From Chiloscyllium plagiosum (Eukaryota): a stretch of DNA of 64,000 nucleotides. The position numbers were made by a program, and so were the translations under genes. Each line of letters opens with the position of its first letter. Position 1 is the first letter of the stretch. The stretch spans positions 23,330,779 through 23,394,778 of the forward strand of contig NC_057710.1 in the NCBI RefSeq assembly GCF_004010195.1. Reading direction: 5' to 3'. Positions 61,940 through 64,000 of the stretch are shown piece after piece. The notes under the pieces are model-generated. The model did not search any database. It was not told the DNA's origin and saw only the letters and a list, made by a program, of their open reading frames with translations.

Positions 61940-63860
61940 AAAGCAGGATAAATCCAACAAGCCAATAACCACCCCATCAGTCTGCTCTCAGTCATCAATA
62001 AAGTGATGGATGGTGTCACCAACCGTGCTACCAAGCAGCACCTGCTCAGCAATAACCTATTCAGTTACACCCAGGTTGGGTTCCGCTAGGGCCACTCAGT
62101 TCCTGACTTCATTACAGCCCTTGGTTCAAACATGTACAAGAGAGCTGAATTCCAGAGGGGAGAGTGACATCTCTTGGCATCAAGCTTTCATTCAATTGAG
62201 TGTGGCATCAAGGAGCCCTGGCATAACTGGAATCCGAGGGCAATCTCTCCTCTGGTTGTCATGATTTGGAGATGCTGGCGTTGGACTGGGATGTACAAAG
62301 TTAAAAATCACACAACACCAGGTTATAGTCCAACAGGTTTAATTGGAAGCACTAATTTTCAGAGCGCTGCTTCTTCATCAGGTGGTTGCTCTCCTCTGGT
62401 TGGAGTCATACCAGGCACATAGGAGGATGGTTGTGGTTGTTGGAGGTCAGTCATCTCAGCTCTCGGACATCACTGCAGGAGTTCCTCAGAGTAGTGCCCT
62501 AGGCACAACCATCTTCAGCTGCTTCATCAATGACCTTCCTGCCATCATAATGTCAGAAGTGGGGATGTTTGCCAATGATTCCATAATATTCAGCACCAAT
62601 TATGACTTCTCAAAAGCAGTCTATGATCAAATTCAATAAGATTTGGACAATATCTATGCTTGGACTGACAAGTGACAAGTAACATTTGCATAACAAATAC
62701 CAGACAATGACCAGCTCCAATAAGAGACAATCTAACCACTACTTCTTTACACTTAATGTGTTTCATAGAACACAGAACATATGGATCTTTGGTGAATTTC
62801 TACAATGCGTCTTGCAGATGGTACATACTGCTAATACTGATTGTCAGTGGTGGAGTGAGTGGATGCTTGAGATTTGGTGCCATTCAACCGGGCCCGTCGG
62901 CCCTCGATGTTGTGCTGACCTTTTATTCTATTCTAAGATCAAACTAACATACATATCTTGCATTTTACTATCATTCATTTGCCTATTCAAGAGTTACTTC
63001 ACTGAATTTCCCGCTATCAACAATCTTGGGGTTACTGTCGAAGAGAAACTATCTGAATTCACTGCTTAAACACAAAGGCTACAAAAGCAGGTCACATACT
63101 AGGCATACCGCAGTGAGTAACTCACCTCCTGATTCCCCTAAGCCTATCTGCCATCTACAAGCCACAAGTTAGAAGTGCAAAGTGATACTGCCCACTTGCC
63201 TGGATGGGTGCAGCTCCAACAACACTCAAGTAGCTTGAAACCATCGAGGAGAAAGCAGCCCGGTTGAATCGCACCAAATCTCAAGCATCCACTCACTCCA
63301 CCACTGACAATCAGTATTAGCAGTGTGTACCATCTGCAAGACGCATTGTAGAAATTCACCATAGATCCATATGCAGCACCTTTCAAACCCACGATCACTT
63401 CCATCTAGATGGACAAGGGCAGCAGATACCTGGGAACATCACTACTTAAAAGTTCCCCCCAAGCCACTCACCATCCTGACTTGGAAATATATCACCATTC
63501 TTTCACTATGGCTGACTCAAAATTCTGGAATTCCCTCCATATGGACATTCTGGGTGTACCTATAGCATGTAGACTGCAGCAGTTCATAAAGGCAACACAG
63601 CACCACCTTCTCAAGGGCAATGAAGGACTTGCTGGTGTTGGTGTTCTGATGTATTTGCTGCCTTTGTCTTTCTAGAGGAAAGCGGTTGTTGGTTTGGAAG
63701 GTGCTGTCAGAGGCTTGAATTTCAATAAGGCATCTGTTAGGTATTACACTGTTGCTGCTAAGCATTGATGATGGAGGGAATGGATGCTTGTGAATATAGT
63801 GCCAATAAAATGGCTGTTTGTCCTGGATGGTATCAAGCTTCTTGAATAATGTTGGAGGTA
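61940..63860 (+). mobile_element. CR1/L2-group LINE RT fragment with nested inserts and an inverted tail piece
   Basis: ITAGVPQSSALG..FSCFINDLP...MFAND motif; 10307-family insert at about 62260-62390 with TSD tctcctctggttg. Confidence 0.75.
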
Positions 63861-64000
63861 GTCTAGCACTTAAAGTTATGATAGCATATTCCCATGTGCC
63901 TATCCTTAGCTCATCAATCTCACTCTTCAGGCCCCTTGCATTAAGATATATTCCATTCAACAATCTAATGTCATTCTGTATACATCAGATAATTTTTAAA

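Noticed and set aside
29050-64000. Neighbouring CD8A or RMND5A exons
   Set aside because: No second V-set exon or RMND5A C-terminal motif recognised by eye; small exons or gap content could be missed

Overview
Eukaryotic, repeat-rich genomic DNA. The repeat content (HE1-type tRNA SINEs, CR1 LINEs, Penelope-like elements) points to a cartilaginous fish, probably a shark; this is an inference. Most ORFs in the supplied track are spurious or are transposon debris. One convincing protein-coding gene can be assembled on the + strand from five phase-compatible GT-AG exons (20316-20361, 20905-21252, 21971-22078, 28540-28638, 29009-29049). It encodes a 213-aa CD8 chain, most like CD8 beta: leader, V-set Ig domain, stalk, TM and an RRRCPHQFRKR tail with a CxH motif. 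Mobile elements include a decayed Copia LTR retrotransposon, a near-full-length decayed L1, Penelope-like (GIY-YIG) fragments, two probable solo LTRs, many CR1/L2 fragments and seven HE1 SINEs. There are two assembly gaps. The most unusual signals are: (i) at least four families of Penelope-derived sequence carrying minimal hammerhead-ribozyme cores, several as short, TSD-flanked fold-back elements, some inside CD8 introns; (ii) five locally templated insertions; (iii) a CpG-retaining domain over the CD8 gene; (iv) a stop codon overlapping a splice donor at the CD8 3' end; (v) candidate unannotated minus-strand exons.
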